Source: a virus. From it: a stretch of 64,000 bases of DNA. The position numbers were made by a program, and so were the translations under genes. The notes beneath the pieces were generated by a model. It saw nothing but the letters and a program-made list of their open reading frames with translations. It made no database searches and had not been told where the DNA came from. Shown here piece by piece: positions 9,333 through 18,453 of this stretch. The stretch lies in IMG/VR virus record IMGVR_UViG_3300013114_000098; one strand, given 5' to 3'. Every line of letters begins with the position of its first letter. The first letter of the stretch is position 1.

Positions 9333-10238
9333 TTATTCAGCTTTGCCTTTTTTCTCAGCGCCATGACCTTTTGGTTCTGCTTTAAGATCGCCTGCCTCTT
9401 GTGGGCCATCAACGTTCATATCTTTAGCATCGCCTGTTAGGCCTTTTTTGCTGCCGTCTGAAGATTTCTTAGACATGTCTACTGCTTTGCCGCCCATATC
9501 GTTTTTACCTGCAACTGGTGACGCTTTACCGTCATCGCCTGCTGGCATACTAACTGGAGCTGCTTTTAGTTCTGCACCTTCTTCGATTTCTTCTGTTTTT
9601 TCATCGGCTTCATCTTTTGCTTCTTCTACTTCCTCTTTATCAGATTTAGTATCTTCAGCTTTAGTGTCCTCAACAACAGCAGTTTCTTCCATTTCTGGTT
9701 CCATTTCTAGTTCTGGTTCCATTTCTGGTTCCATTTCCATTTCTGGCTCTTCTGCTGGAGCTTCGTCGCCCATTACTTTAGCAAATTCTGCTTTTAGATC
9801 AGCTAGTGCGTCTTCAACGTCTACTAACTTATCTTCAATCTCTGCGTGATCTTCTTCGTGACTGTCTACTTCACCGTCACCGTCCATATCAGCTTCGCCA
9901 TCTTCATCTGATAATTCCATTTCAGCTTCTGGTTCTGTTAGTTCAGCTTCGGGTGCGTCTTCGCCCTCAGAATCTTCACCATACATCTCTTCTGCTTCAA
10001 TTTCGTCATCATCTTCTTCGATGTCGTCAATGAAGTCGTCAGCTTTTTCGTCGCCTATTGCTTCATCTATATCTTCTTCCGCTACTTCATCTTCAACAAC
10101 TTCGTCTGCTTCGACTAAGTCATTCCAGATTTCACGTGCTTTTTCTACGAATGCTTCGTGTAAGAGGTCAGAAGCTTTAGCCTCCTCACCATTAACTAGG
10201 CTTTCTATTACTTTAATATAACGTTCGCGAGTACTCAT
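9333..10238 (-). CDS. Highly acidic prohead core/internal protein (gp67/gp68 position)
   Basis: D/E-rich 301 aa with EPEME repeats, between portal and protease, late promoter upstream. Confidence 0.65.
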   Translation of the reverse strand: MSTRERYIKVIESLVNGEEAKASDLLHEAFVEKAREIWNDLVEADEVVEDEVAEEDIDEAIGDEKADDFIDDIEEDDDEIEAEEMYGEDSEGEDAPEAELTEPEAEMELSDEDGEADMDGDGEVDSHEEDHAEIEDKLVDVEDALADLKAEFAKVMGDEAPAEEPEMEMEPEMEPELEMEPEMEETAVVEDTKAEDTKSDKEEVEEAKDEADEKTEEIEEGAELKAAPVSMPAGDDGKASPVAGKNDMGGKAVDMSKKSSDGSKKGLTGDAKDMNVDGPQEAGDLKAEPKGHGAEKKGKAE

Positions 10239-10272
10239 TTGACATTCTCCTTTATCGAGGTTATAACGTATG

Positions 10273-10280
10273 TATTTAGT
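10273..10280 (-). promoter_or_regulatory. Late promoter ACTAAATA for head operon
   Basis: TAAATA core ~35 nt before start, after a terminator. Confidence 0.6.
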
Positions 10281-10309
10281 CTTGGTTTACGGTAAGATGT
10301 CTTAAATAC

Positions 10310-10340
10310 AAAAAAAACCGTGGTTTTGACGCCACGGCTA
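10310..10340 (-). terminator. Intrinsic terminator
   Basis: GCCGTGG-loop-CCACGGTTTTTTTT. Confidence 0.8.
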
Positions 10341-10369
10341 TGATTTTTGTCGTTATGTAGGTGTATTAC

Positions 10370-10567
10370 TTATTCTTTATCTTGGCTAGTGCCATACTGT
10401 AATTGCACGTCTTCTATCTTATCTGCATGTTCAGATCGTGTCATTTCACGTCTATTTCGCATTTTATTTAAATGTTTTAACGTCAACTTAGGTCTACGAG
10501 TATCATCTTCGTCCCATTTATTGAAGTTATCATCTTTTGCGTTTTGTGCTAATTCATTAAATCGCAT
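10370..10567 (-). CDS. Small head-associated hypothetical protein (65 aa)
   Basis: Probable start MRFNELAQ at 10567 overlapping portal stop; DTRRPKLTLKHLNKMR segment. Confidence 0.65.
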   Translation of the reverse strand: MRFNELAQNAKDDNFNKWDEDDTRRPKLTLKHLNKMRNRREMTRSEHADKIEDVQLQYGTSQDKE

Positions 10568-12227
10568 CGTCTGGTACTCCTGTATCTCCACCAGCATCTG
10601 GTACTTCTGCACCGCCAGTGTCTCCTAAGTCGGATTCGGGTTCTGCATTTTCTGCGTCGACATCAGTAGGTTGGAAACTATCTACGTCTGAGCCTCGTAA
10701 TCCCATTCCACCCAAGTCACCGGTTGCTGAGCCCGATGGTTTATTACCTGCTTGGTTTTCTTCTTTCCACATTCTTTCATTCTCAACCATTTCTTCTTCG
10801 TTAAGTCCTAAGTATCTTGCAAGTATAAATCTTCTTGATAGATAAGGAACACCTTCAATAGAACTGAATAGATTTGCTTTTTGTGCATCAATTTCAATTG
10901 TTCTATATTGTGAGAAACTTTGTGGTTCAGTAAATGATAAATCAAATAAACTAGCACTAATATCTAGTCCTCTGTGTTTACAAAATAATTTAAACTCATG
11001 GTCTAATGCTTGTTGTAGTGTTAGTTGTAATCTTTCACAATACTTCGCAAAACGGAATTCTTGAATCATTGCTGTACCTATACGTCCGTCATTAAACGCC
11101 GCTATACCGTCTTCACTTCCAGTAGGAAGGTACGATGTTGGTACACGAAGTCCACGCATTAACTTGTTATTAAAGTATTTTAAATCATCAATCTCACCAA
11201 GGTTTTCACCACCCGGTAAAACTTCAACTTTAGATCCACGTCCTTCTGCTGTTTGTGCAAAGAAATAATCTTCCATTATTGATAACGGATTATAAGCCGC
11301 ATCAACAACTTTAGTACCACCACCACTCATATTTGGAATACGTGTTTGGTGTACCTCGTTTTTAACTCTTTCAACAAAGCCCATTGCTTTGTGTGCTGGC
11401 ATATTACCTACGTCAATATAGAACACACGTCTTTCAGGTGCTCTTTGTACACGATAGATAATAATACTATCTTCTAATAATTCTTTTTGTTTATAAACTT
11501 TAAATACAGGTTCTAAAATACTATCACCAAATGGCCAGTTACTATTCATTCCATCTGATAAACTAACATGTACTACATGCGTAGAGTCTACTGCAAATTC
11601 TGAATTCATACCTGATGAGTTTGGTGTTACAATACCTGCATTTCCTTTTCCTACTGTATAACCTGTTGTAGGATTAACTGCTGTAGCATCTTGATGTTTT
11701 TTAGTATCTGTTGCTACTAACTCTTGTAAGTTAAGTGCAATATTTTTAATAACGTATTGATCAATTCTTCTGCCTTCGCTTTCATTGACAATTGTTTTTA
11801 CTACATCACCGGATTGTACCGCAATAAGTTTATATGTTTCTGGATCTCTAATAAAAAATTGATCTCCATATTTAATGCAAGATCTAAACATAGAAAAAAT
11901 TCTACGTTCAAAGTTATTAATGTTAACCCATTGTTTTAATGTAGTTTCTAATGCAGTTACTTCTGAATCAGTTGGATTTGTTTTATATTGAATTTCAAAT
12001 GGTATATTAGATTCTGGATGTAATTGTGTACTAAATTCTGCAATTGTATCAAGTGCCGCATTAATTTCACTGTCTTGATCCATTTGATCATATTGTGTGT
12101 AACGTTCAATACGGTTTGGTTGGCCCGAGTATACCTCTGGTAGCCAACTCTGCCAACGGCTGGTATTCGCTGATCCGCTTGTTCCATCCATTGGATTATA
12201 TCTTGTAAAGTGTTTTTTCCAACTCAT
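10557..12227 (-). CDS. gp20: Portal protein (gp20-like)
   Basis: IYRVQRAPERRVFYIDVGNMP, EDYFF, LPGGENLGEIDDLKYF motifs. Confidence 0.97.
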   Translation of the reverse strand: MSWKKHFTRYNPMDGTSGSANTSRWQSWLPEVYSGQPNRIERYTQYDQMDQDSEINAALDTIAEFSTQLHPESNIPFEIQYKTNPTDSEVTALETTLKQWVNINNFERRIFSMFRSCIKYGDQFFIRDPETYKLIAVQSGDVVKTIVNESEGRRIDQYVIKNIALNLQELVATDTKKHQDATAVNPTTGYTVGKGNAGIVTPNSSGMNSEFAVDSTHVVHVSLSDGMNSNWPFGDSILEPVFKVYKQKELLEDSIIIYRVQRAPERRVFYIDVGNMPAHKAMGFVERVKNEVHQTRIPNMSGGGTKVVDAAYNPLSIMEDYFFAQTAEGRGSKVEVLPGGENLGEIDDLKYFNNKLMRGLRVPTSYLPTGSEDGIAAFNDGRIGTAMIQEFRFAKYCERLQLTLQQALDHEFKLFCKHRGLDISASLFDLSFTEPQSFSQYRTIEIDAQKANLFSSIEGVPYLSRRFILARYLGLNEEEMVENERMWKEENQAGNKPSGSATGDLGGMGLRGSDVDSFQPTDVDAENAEPESDLGDTGGAEVPDAGGDTGVPDDAI

Positions 12228-12252
12228 AGTGTGTTTTGCCTCATTCTATTTG

Positions 12253-12260
12253 TATTTATC
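12253..12260 (-). promoter_or_regulatory. Late promoter GATAAATA for portal gene
   Basis: Intergenic, 25 nt before start. Confidence 0.65.
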
Positions 12261-12266
12261 TATTGT

Positions 12267-14264
12267 TTAACCGTTTATGTAACCCATTGCAATTCTGGCT
12301 TCTTTGCTAAACTGAATATTCTCTTTTATTTGAATTTCTTTTTCAAGTGATGTTATCATTAATTTTGTTAATCTTATCTGTTCCTCTATTTGCCTTTTCT
12401 TTGCGTTTCCTACCGCACCAGAAAAATCCCTAGGAGTATTAGTTATTATATTAGGATTTGTAAGAGTTGTCAACCTTTCTTTCAACATTGGAAGGTCTTT
12501 TTCAGTTGCATTTGCTGGTAAATCAGCTACATTTTCTAAAACAGTCGTAGCTGACACTTTAGATGTGTCATTTTTACTAGAATTTACTGTATTATCTTTA
12601 GATTCTACTGTAGCATCGCTATCTTCTTTATAATCATTAAATAAACCATTTAACCAATCTGAACCATCAGCTAATAATCCAGTTACAAATTCCAACTTCT
12701 CACCCATATCTTGCATAGGATATGTAATAAACTCTTGGGCTGTTAGAAACATTTTTGACATATCATTCATTGCTACAGTTGATTTACCACTTGCTTCTTG
12801 CATTTTTGCTTGAATCTTTTTTTGTTCTTCCATATTTACGCCTTCTAACTTACCAAAGTTTTGCATTATTAAGTATAAACTATTTTGCAAACTCTGTACT
12901 CTACCAATACCTTGATTACCTGCGGCAACGGCCGCTAATCTTTCTCTATCATATGTTGCTAATATATCTATTAAAAAAGTTTCAGATAATTTACCACCTG
13001 TAGTTTCTGCATCTTGAACTGTTTCATTAATTTTTGTAAGTAATCCAGGAAGTGCTACTTCTAAAGCACCTACTGCTTCACCATCCATTGCACGTAATAC
13101 TTGTATAATATCAAAATTACCCATATTGTGAGAAAACTGAGCTGTTGCATTATTCATTGCTGTTTGTACTTGTCCCAATAAATCAGATGGTCCAACATCT
13201 GAAAATAGAGAAATTTGTTTTGCAAGAGATTCAACTACGTCTGCTGTTTTTTCTAATCCTTGATCTTCTATTGCCGCAAGTCCTGCCGCTAAGTTTGTGT
13301 CTGACAATGCACCTAACATTTTTGCCATTGTCTCACCTCTAGTAAGTGCTGTTAAGTTTGCTATTGCTCCTGATTCAAGTACTAATGATTTAAAACTAGC
13401 CTCAAGTGCTTCACCTTCTCCTACTAGTTGTTTATCTAACTGTCCTGTTATACGTTGCGTTTCTATATAACCTGCATAAGCATTCATTAAATCTACGTTT
13501 GACATACCCAAGTCACCTAATATTTCTGAATTATCAGAAAGTCTTTTAAACATTCCTATATATGCTTGAGCACCTCGAGATACATCTCCGCCTATGCCTA
13601 CCATTGTTCCACCAAAATTACTAATAATTGATGCAAAACTTTTATACGTTATACCTGCTTGAAAACTGTCTTTATATAATTGATCAAATACATCAGCAGT
13701 GTCATATACAATAGCACCGGAGTCTATCATCATTTTTTGTACTTCAGCAAACTGTTCAAACTTGGCTGCATTCCAACCTGCCCATGCTAACCCAATATCT
13801 ACTGCTACGTTGGCTACTTGTCCTAAAGTTTTTGTCATCATCTTAGCAAATGGAATTTGTGCCGCTGTACTTTTGTCTAACTTGCCTGACGCTCCTTTAA
13901 GTTTCTTTACTATATCTTCAGTCGCACTAACCATACTAGTTAATGGCTTCTCTGAATCACCAAAGAAAGTAGCAGTGTCTTTTATTTGCTGTGCACCTTT
14001 TAATAATAAACTTGATCTACCTTTTGCATTTTCTTCATTTGCCTTAGAATTTTTTACTCCAATTTGTAAATTCTTTTCTACTGCTTCTATAATTTCATCA
14101 TCTAACTTAGTGTTCTTTTTAACATCACCTAACATTTCTTTAGTAAGAGAAACTGCATTCTTTGATTGCATTGCCAATGCTTCCATTGTTGTTTCACTTG
14201 CCCAAGCTGGTACCTGAAGTATTAAATCATCTGAAATTGGTATTTGATTTGTTTTATCAGCCAT
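12267..14264 (-). CDS. Tape-measure-like helical tail protein (paralogue 2)
   Basis: 665 aa, A/L/E/K helical, N-terminal PAWASETT motif, near gp26-like gene. Confidence 0.55.
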   Translation of the reverse strand: MADKTNQIPISDDLILQVPAWASETTMEALAMQSKNAVSLTKEMLGDVKKNTKLDDEIIEAVEKNLQIGVKNSKANEENAKGRSSLLLKGAQQIKDTATFFGDSEKPLTSMVSATEDIVKKLKGASGKLDKSTAAQIPFAKMMTKTLGQVANVAVDIGLAWAGWNAAKFEQFAEVQKMMIDSGAIVYDTADVFDQLYKDSFQAGITYKSFASIISNFGGTMVGIGGDVSRGAQAYIGMFKRLSDNSEILGDLGMSNVDLMNAYAGYIETQRITGQLDKQLVGEGEALEASFKSLVLESGAIANLTALTRGETMAKMLGALSDTNLAAGLAAIEDQGLEKTADVVESLAKQISLFSDVGPSDLLGQVQTAMNNATAQFSHNMGNFDIIQVLRAMDGEAVGALEVALPGLLTKINETVQDAETTGGKLSETFLIDILATYDRERLAAVAAGNQGIGRVQSLQNSLYLIMQNFGKLEGVNMEEQKKIQAKMQEASGKSTVAMNDMSKMFLTAQEFITYPMQDMGEKLEFVTGLLADGSDWLNGLFNDYKEDSDATVESKDNTVNSSKNDTSKVSATTVLENVADLPANATEKDLPMLKERLTTLTNPNIITNTPRDFSGAVGNAKKRQIEEQIRLTKLMITSLEKEIQIKENIQFSKEARIAMGYING

Positions 14265-16219
14265 TATTCAACTGTTGCCTCCTCTTTTCCTAATAATTCA
14301 ACTTTCTTTGCTTGTAACTTTTCTTGGTATGATAATAATTCATTTAATTCATCTTGTTGATCCATTAATAAGTTCTCTAAGTTTTGTCTTTGTTCATCTG
14401 TAATTTTTTCTCCCTCAATAACTTCACCAGTTTCAGGATCTGTCCAATCAGGTGCCATTCCATCTTTAGCATCTAATATTGCTTGTAACTCATCTGTAGA
14501 TTCTCTCATTTGTTTAATTTGCATCTCAACTATTTGGACATTAGATACAACATTACCTTCATTTATTTGTGATAACCTTTTGTCATGTATTGAAGCTCTG
14601 TGTTCTTCCCAAAAAGTTTCAAATCTATTATCACCTTGTTCGTCACCATGAAAAAGTTTGCTTACGCCTCTACCAAATCTCATCAAACTTCCAGATAACG
14701 TTCTAAATCCAGTTGCCATGCTACCAAATCCAGGTGTTAATAGCTCTTGCATTTCTTGGAATGCAATTGCCATATTATTCATTACTTCTATACTAGTATC
14801 TGCATTATCAGCAAGATTTGCATAATAACCTGATGTTAATGTATCTGTGTCTGACATTAAAAACTCTTCAGCACCTGCCGCTGTTTTAGCTGATGCAAGT
14901 AATGCGTTAAGTGCTTCAAGGTTAGGATCACCTGCTGTTACTTTAAATGGTACATCTCTTATTAATTTAAAAAACTTCTTATAAGCATCTACTGTTTCTG
15001 CTTCAGTTTTAAATTGCCCTGTACCTATTTTTTCAACAAGATCAATAAGTGCTTCTGACGCACCTGGAGCACCTTGTAAAGTTTCTATCATTGTTTTGCT
15101 TATATTATTTGCCGCTGTCTGATCAAAACTAATATCACCCACGAATCCTGTTATGACACTTTCCATGGCTCCAGCAAAATCTGCACCAAATAATTGTTCA
15201 TTTAATACTCTAACAAGACCGGTTGCGTCTGAAATGTTTTTACTAGCTTGTTCGCCATATGTTTTTTCAATAAATGCTTTATTTTGCAACAACCCAACCC
15301 TTAAATCAACATTATTCCTTGCCTCATCTCTTAATCTTAATGCTTCTTCTCTTTGCATTCCAAAAACATCACCAGTAAATAATGCAAGGTTATTTGCTGA
15401 TCTATATGAATCGATTACTCTTTTTCTACCAACTTCATTCATGGAAGTTAATTCTCCTAGCTGATATAATGTTTGTATTTCTTGAGCAATGAATCTAGTT
15501 TGGTCTTGTATTCCCATTCCAAAGTCTCTAAATGTTTTGTCTTGATCAATTTCTTTTGCAAACTCTGCTAATCTTAAAGCACCTTCGAATAAATTTTCTT
15601 CTGCTTGAACAAGAAACGGTTTAGACTCTGCCATTAAATCAGTAAAGTCTTTTAGTCCCATTCCTAAATCTCTAGTTGCAAATCTTAAGTTAGTCCAATG
15701 ATCTACATCACTTACTACTGCACCAAAGTCTATTAACTGTCTAGCTTGTTTTTCTTGCTCGGTTAATAACTTTGCAAAAATTATACCCATACCTGTTGCT
15801 ACTACAAGTGGAGTACCTGCATGTCTTGCCACCATTTTAAGACCCGAAGCCCATTTTCCCATTCCTGCTCCCATGTTTGACACACCTATACCAGCATTTG
15901 CCATAATCTTTGCTGCCTCGTGTGCTAATTCAGCGGTAGCATTAACAGGATCACTGCTTTTCATTATTACATTCATTGCACCGCCTGCTACTTTTGTGGC
16001 TTTTACAGTAGCTTCACCGGATGCTGTAACTAGATCTTCTGCTTCTTCTGCGTCAGCACTTAATGCTCTTATAGACGCCGCATCTTTTTTACCTAGCACA
16101 GCCGCAATCATGGCCATAGTAGAATTGTTTATGGTCATGCTAGAGCTTACTTTTTCTAATGTAATCTCAGTTGCCCAAGGATACTGTTGATAAATTAGGT
16201 CTATTTGTTGTTGGTCCAT
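14264..16219 (-). CDS. Tape-measure-like helical tail protein (paralogue 1)
   Basis: 651 aa, N-terminal PWATEITL motif, hydrophobic G/A segment, helical. Confidence 0.55.
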   Translation of the reverse strand: MDQQQIDLIYQQYPWATEITLEKVSSSMTINNSTMAMIAAVLGKKDAASIRALSADAEEAEDLVTASGEATVKATKVAGGAMNVIMKSSDPVNATAELAHEAAKIMANAGIGVSNMGAGMGKWASGLKMVARHAGTPLVVATGMGIIFAKLLTEQEKQARQLIDFGAVVSDVDHWTNLRFATRDLGMGLKDFTDLMAESKPFLVQAEENLFEGALRLAEFAKEIDQDKTFRDFGMGIQDQTRFIAQEIQTLYQLGELTSMNEVGRKRVIDSYRSANNLALFTGDVFGMQREEALRLRDEARNNVDLRVGLLQNKAFIEKTYGEQASKNISDATGLVRVLNEQLFGADFAGAMESVITGFVGDISFDQTAANNISKTMIETLQGAPGASEALIDLVEKIGTGQFKTEAETVDAYKKFFKLIRDVPFKVTAGDPNLEALNALLASAKTAAGAEEFLMSDTDTLTSGYYANLADNADTSIEVMNNMAIAFQEMQELLTPGFGSMATGFRTLSGSLMRFGRGVSKLFHGDEQGDNRFETFWEEHRASIHDKRLSQINEGNVVSNVQIVEMQIKQMRESTDELQAILDAKDGMAPDWTDPETGEVIEGEKITDEQRQNLENLLMDQQDELNELLSYQEKLQAKKVELLGKEEATVE

Positions 16220-16248
16220 AATGCTTTATTAAGTGGTATTTTAATTCA

Positions 16249-16285
16249 GATAAATACTATTGTATATACGTTACTACTATTTATG
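16249..16285. promoter_or_regulatory. Face-to-face late promoters: GATAAATA (+, 16249-16256) and CATAAATA (-, 16278-16285)
   Basis: Two late-consensus octamers in the 106-bp gap between divergent genes. Confidence 0.7.
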
Positions 16286-16325
16286 GAAATCATAATATAC
16301 GTATATAATTGGAGAAATACAAAAC

Positions 16326-17156
16326 ATGACAAACCCATTAATTCAAGCATATAGAAAGCCTGCTTTATACATTCCATTACCAAGTGGCGGTAAATTCTAC
16401 AAAAAGAAGCCGAAACTTAGCATAGATAATGAACTGGCAGTATATGCTATGACAGCAAGGGATGAACTTATTACTAAAACCCCAGATGCTTTGTTTAACG
16501 GAGAAGCCACAATTAGTTTGATTAAAAGTTGTTGCCCTGATATTGTTGAACCAGAAACAATGCCAGTAAGCGACTTACTTGTAATCTTAGTAGGTATTAG
16601 ACAAGCAAGTTATGGAAAAAATATAGACATCGATGTTAAATGTCCTAAGTGTGAGTTTGATAATCAATTGCAATTAGATGCAAATATAATGTTATCAAAC
16701 GCAAAAACTGGCACAATTGAGCAAAGTGTAACATTACCAAGTGATTTTAAAATTATTTGTAATCCATACACATTAAACGATAGAACTATGTTACAAGTTC
16801 AACAAATTAAACAAAACAAAATGATACAAGGATTGGCTAGTGAGAAACTAGAAGATGCTGAAAGACAAGATCTTTTTGGAAAAACATTTGTTGAAATTGC
16901 AGAACTTACTGTTAGTTTAATTACTAATAGTATTGTAAGTGTACAAGGTAAAGACACTGATGTTATCACAGATAAAGATACTATTAAAGAATGGCTACAA
17001 AATATTACTAAAAATGATTACGAAGTAATCAGAACTAAAATAGAGGAACTAAGCGAAAGTGGCTTAGAAACTAAATTTGCTGCCAATTGTCAAGACTGTG
17101 GACATAGTTGGAAGACTGGTGTGGACTTAGACGTCGCAAATTTTTTCGGGGGTTGA
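16326..17156 (+). CDS. gp26: Baseplate hub assembly protein (T4 gp26-like)
   Basis: YIPLPSGGKFY, MTARDEL, IRQASYG, two CxxC pairs, C-terminal NFFG. Confidence 0.8.
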   Translation: MTNPLIQAYRKPALYIPLPSGGKFYKKKPKLSIDNELAVYAMTARDELITKTPDALFNGEATISLIKSCCPDIVEPETMPVSDLLVILVGIRQASYGKNIDIDVKCPKCEFDNQLQLDANIMLSNAKTGTIEQSVTLPSDFKIICNPYTLNDRTMLQVQQIKQNKMIQGLASEKLEDAERQDLFGKTFVEIAELTVSLITNSIVSVQGKDTDVITDKDTIKEWLQNITKNDYEVIRTKIEELSESGLETKFAANCQDCGHSWKTGVDLDVANFFGG

Positions 17157-17380
17157 TAGCTTCTCGTCAACCCGAAGACATTGTAAAATTAGTTGAACAG
17201 TATAATAAGGATTTAGAAACTACAGAAGGTAGCTACTTAGATGTAGTTATTCGTAGTGAAGGTGCGGTTAGTTATAAAGACATTCTGCAAATGCCTGTGA
17301 GCAGTATTAAACTCTTAATAGAACGTATGAATAGTCGTGTTGAGGAAATTAATAAAGCAAGAAAAGGTAATAGACGTTAG
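17153..17380 (+). CDS. Small ORF in -1 frame (gp51-like position); probably a frameshift extension of the gp26-like gene
   Basis: No well-placed ATG/RBS; overlaps gp26 end at slippery AAATTTTTTC. Confidence 0.6.
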   Translation: MIASRQPEDIVKLVEQYNKDLETTEGSYLDVVIRSEGAVSYKDILQMPVSSIKLLIERMNSRVEEINKARKGNRR

Positions 17381-17820
17381 TGGCCTGTTATTAAATTATA
17401 ATAATCTTCTGGCCAACTGTCATAATATGTGGTGTTTTTGTGTAAATGTTTACGTTTTTCATGTAAATCGCTTTTTCTTTGAACAAACACACAGTCAGTA
17501 AAGTTCTTTACAAAATGTCCACTTGTTCTTGTACTAGTAAAATATAATAAGTGAGGATGTTTTTCTCTAAGCTCTGCACAAGTCTTTTCTATAAAAGACA
17601 TATCATCTACATCACCCAACCAACAAATAGCCATTTGGTACTTAACATGGTCAAATGATTCTAAAGCCAGAACATTGTCACGTGCATCAACAAACTGTAA
17701 TGCATTTTTAATTCTTGCACTTTTTGCATACGGACATATAGGATATCCATCATCCTTTAAAGGCTCAACTGATTCTTCTGCAAACTTTAAAAATTTAATC
17801 CGAAATTCGTCCAACGTCAT
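17377..17820 (-). CDS. Hypothetical protein (CPYA motif, DUF1415-like)
   Basis: 147 aa, AGGA RBS, upstream late promoter CATAAATA at 17916-17923. Confidence 0.6.
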   Translation of the reverse strand: MTLDEFRIKFLKFAEESVEPLKDDGYPICPYAKSARIKNALQFVDARDNVLALESFDHVKYQMAICWLGDVDDMSFIEKTCAELREKHPHLLYFTSTRTSGHFVKNFTDCVFVQRKSDLHEKRKHLHKNTTYYDSWPEDYYNLITGH

Positions 17821-17942
17821 GTATATGTTTTCCTGATATAATTGATGTCTTCGACATCATCAACTTCGCAAAGCTAATCGCTTTGCTCGTTGTTGTTGCT
17901 TACGCTTTATACACTTATTTATGTTAATTTATATTGAATTTA

Positions 17943-18418
17943 AATGACTACTTGACAAGATGCTTTATTCACACTTAGCCTTATACAGGCCAAGTGTAAA
18001 TTGTTCTTGACATAGAACTCTACCCACAGATACTATAGTAAACCTAGTTTAGCACCTAGGAAGGGCGGTTACGCGGTACCCTTATTACATACTGCTTTAT
18101 AACGCAGAAACACCCATTGCCATAGTATCAACTTTGGGTTGTCCTCAAGTTCCAAATTGTCAGGAGAGCTTGATCATTTTGATTTGTCAAATCAGTGCAT
18201 TGACTTATAGGCACACCAGTTCTGGTCACAATGAAGTAACCTCAAGGTGAGTCGAGCGAATCTCGACCAATCAGGGCCTTGTAGCCTATGTTAGTTTTTA
18301 TTAGCCTAAAATTGTATTTGAGTTGGAGCCGGACTTTAAGTCTGTATGAGTTTTGGTTTTACACTATTAGTTATCTTATGCTTTAATTATTAGCTGATAA
18401 TAAAGTTAAAACGCTACT
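17943..18418 (-). ncRNA. Long structured non-coding RNA (~480 nt) or RNA-primed origin region
   Basis: 630-bp ORF-free gap with about ten hairpins and long-range helices; G-U pairs favour minus strand; sigma70 promoter directly upstream. Confidence 0.7.
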
Positions 18419-18424
18419 TTTGTT

Positions 18425-18453
18425 ATAATAACAAAAATTTAATACGTTGTCAA
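18425..18453 (-). promoter_or_regulatory. Host sigma70 promoter overlapping GIY-YIG stop codon
   Basis: TTGACA-17 bp-TATTAT with extended TGn; -10 lies within a 9-1-9 palindrome. Confidence 0.75.

Noticed and set aside
18325-18340. AAAGUCCGGCUCC on the minus strand resembles the RNase P RNA motif GAGGAAAGUCCGGGCUCC
   Set aside because: Lacks the GAGG prefix and I found no matching 3' P4 strand; kept as unassigned RNA pending cmscan
17943-18418. Long RNA as tmRNA or group I intron
   Set aside because: No tRNA-like acceptor/T-arm ends, no ordered P/Q/R/S core, and it does not interrupt a gene
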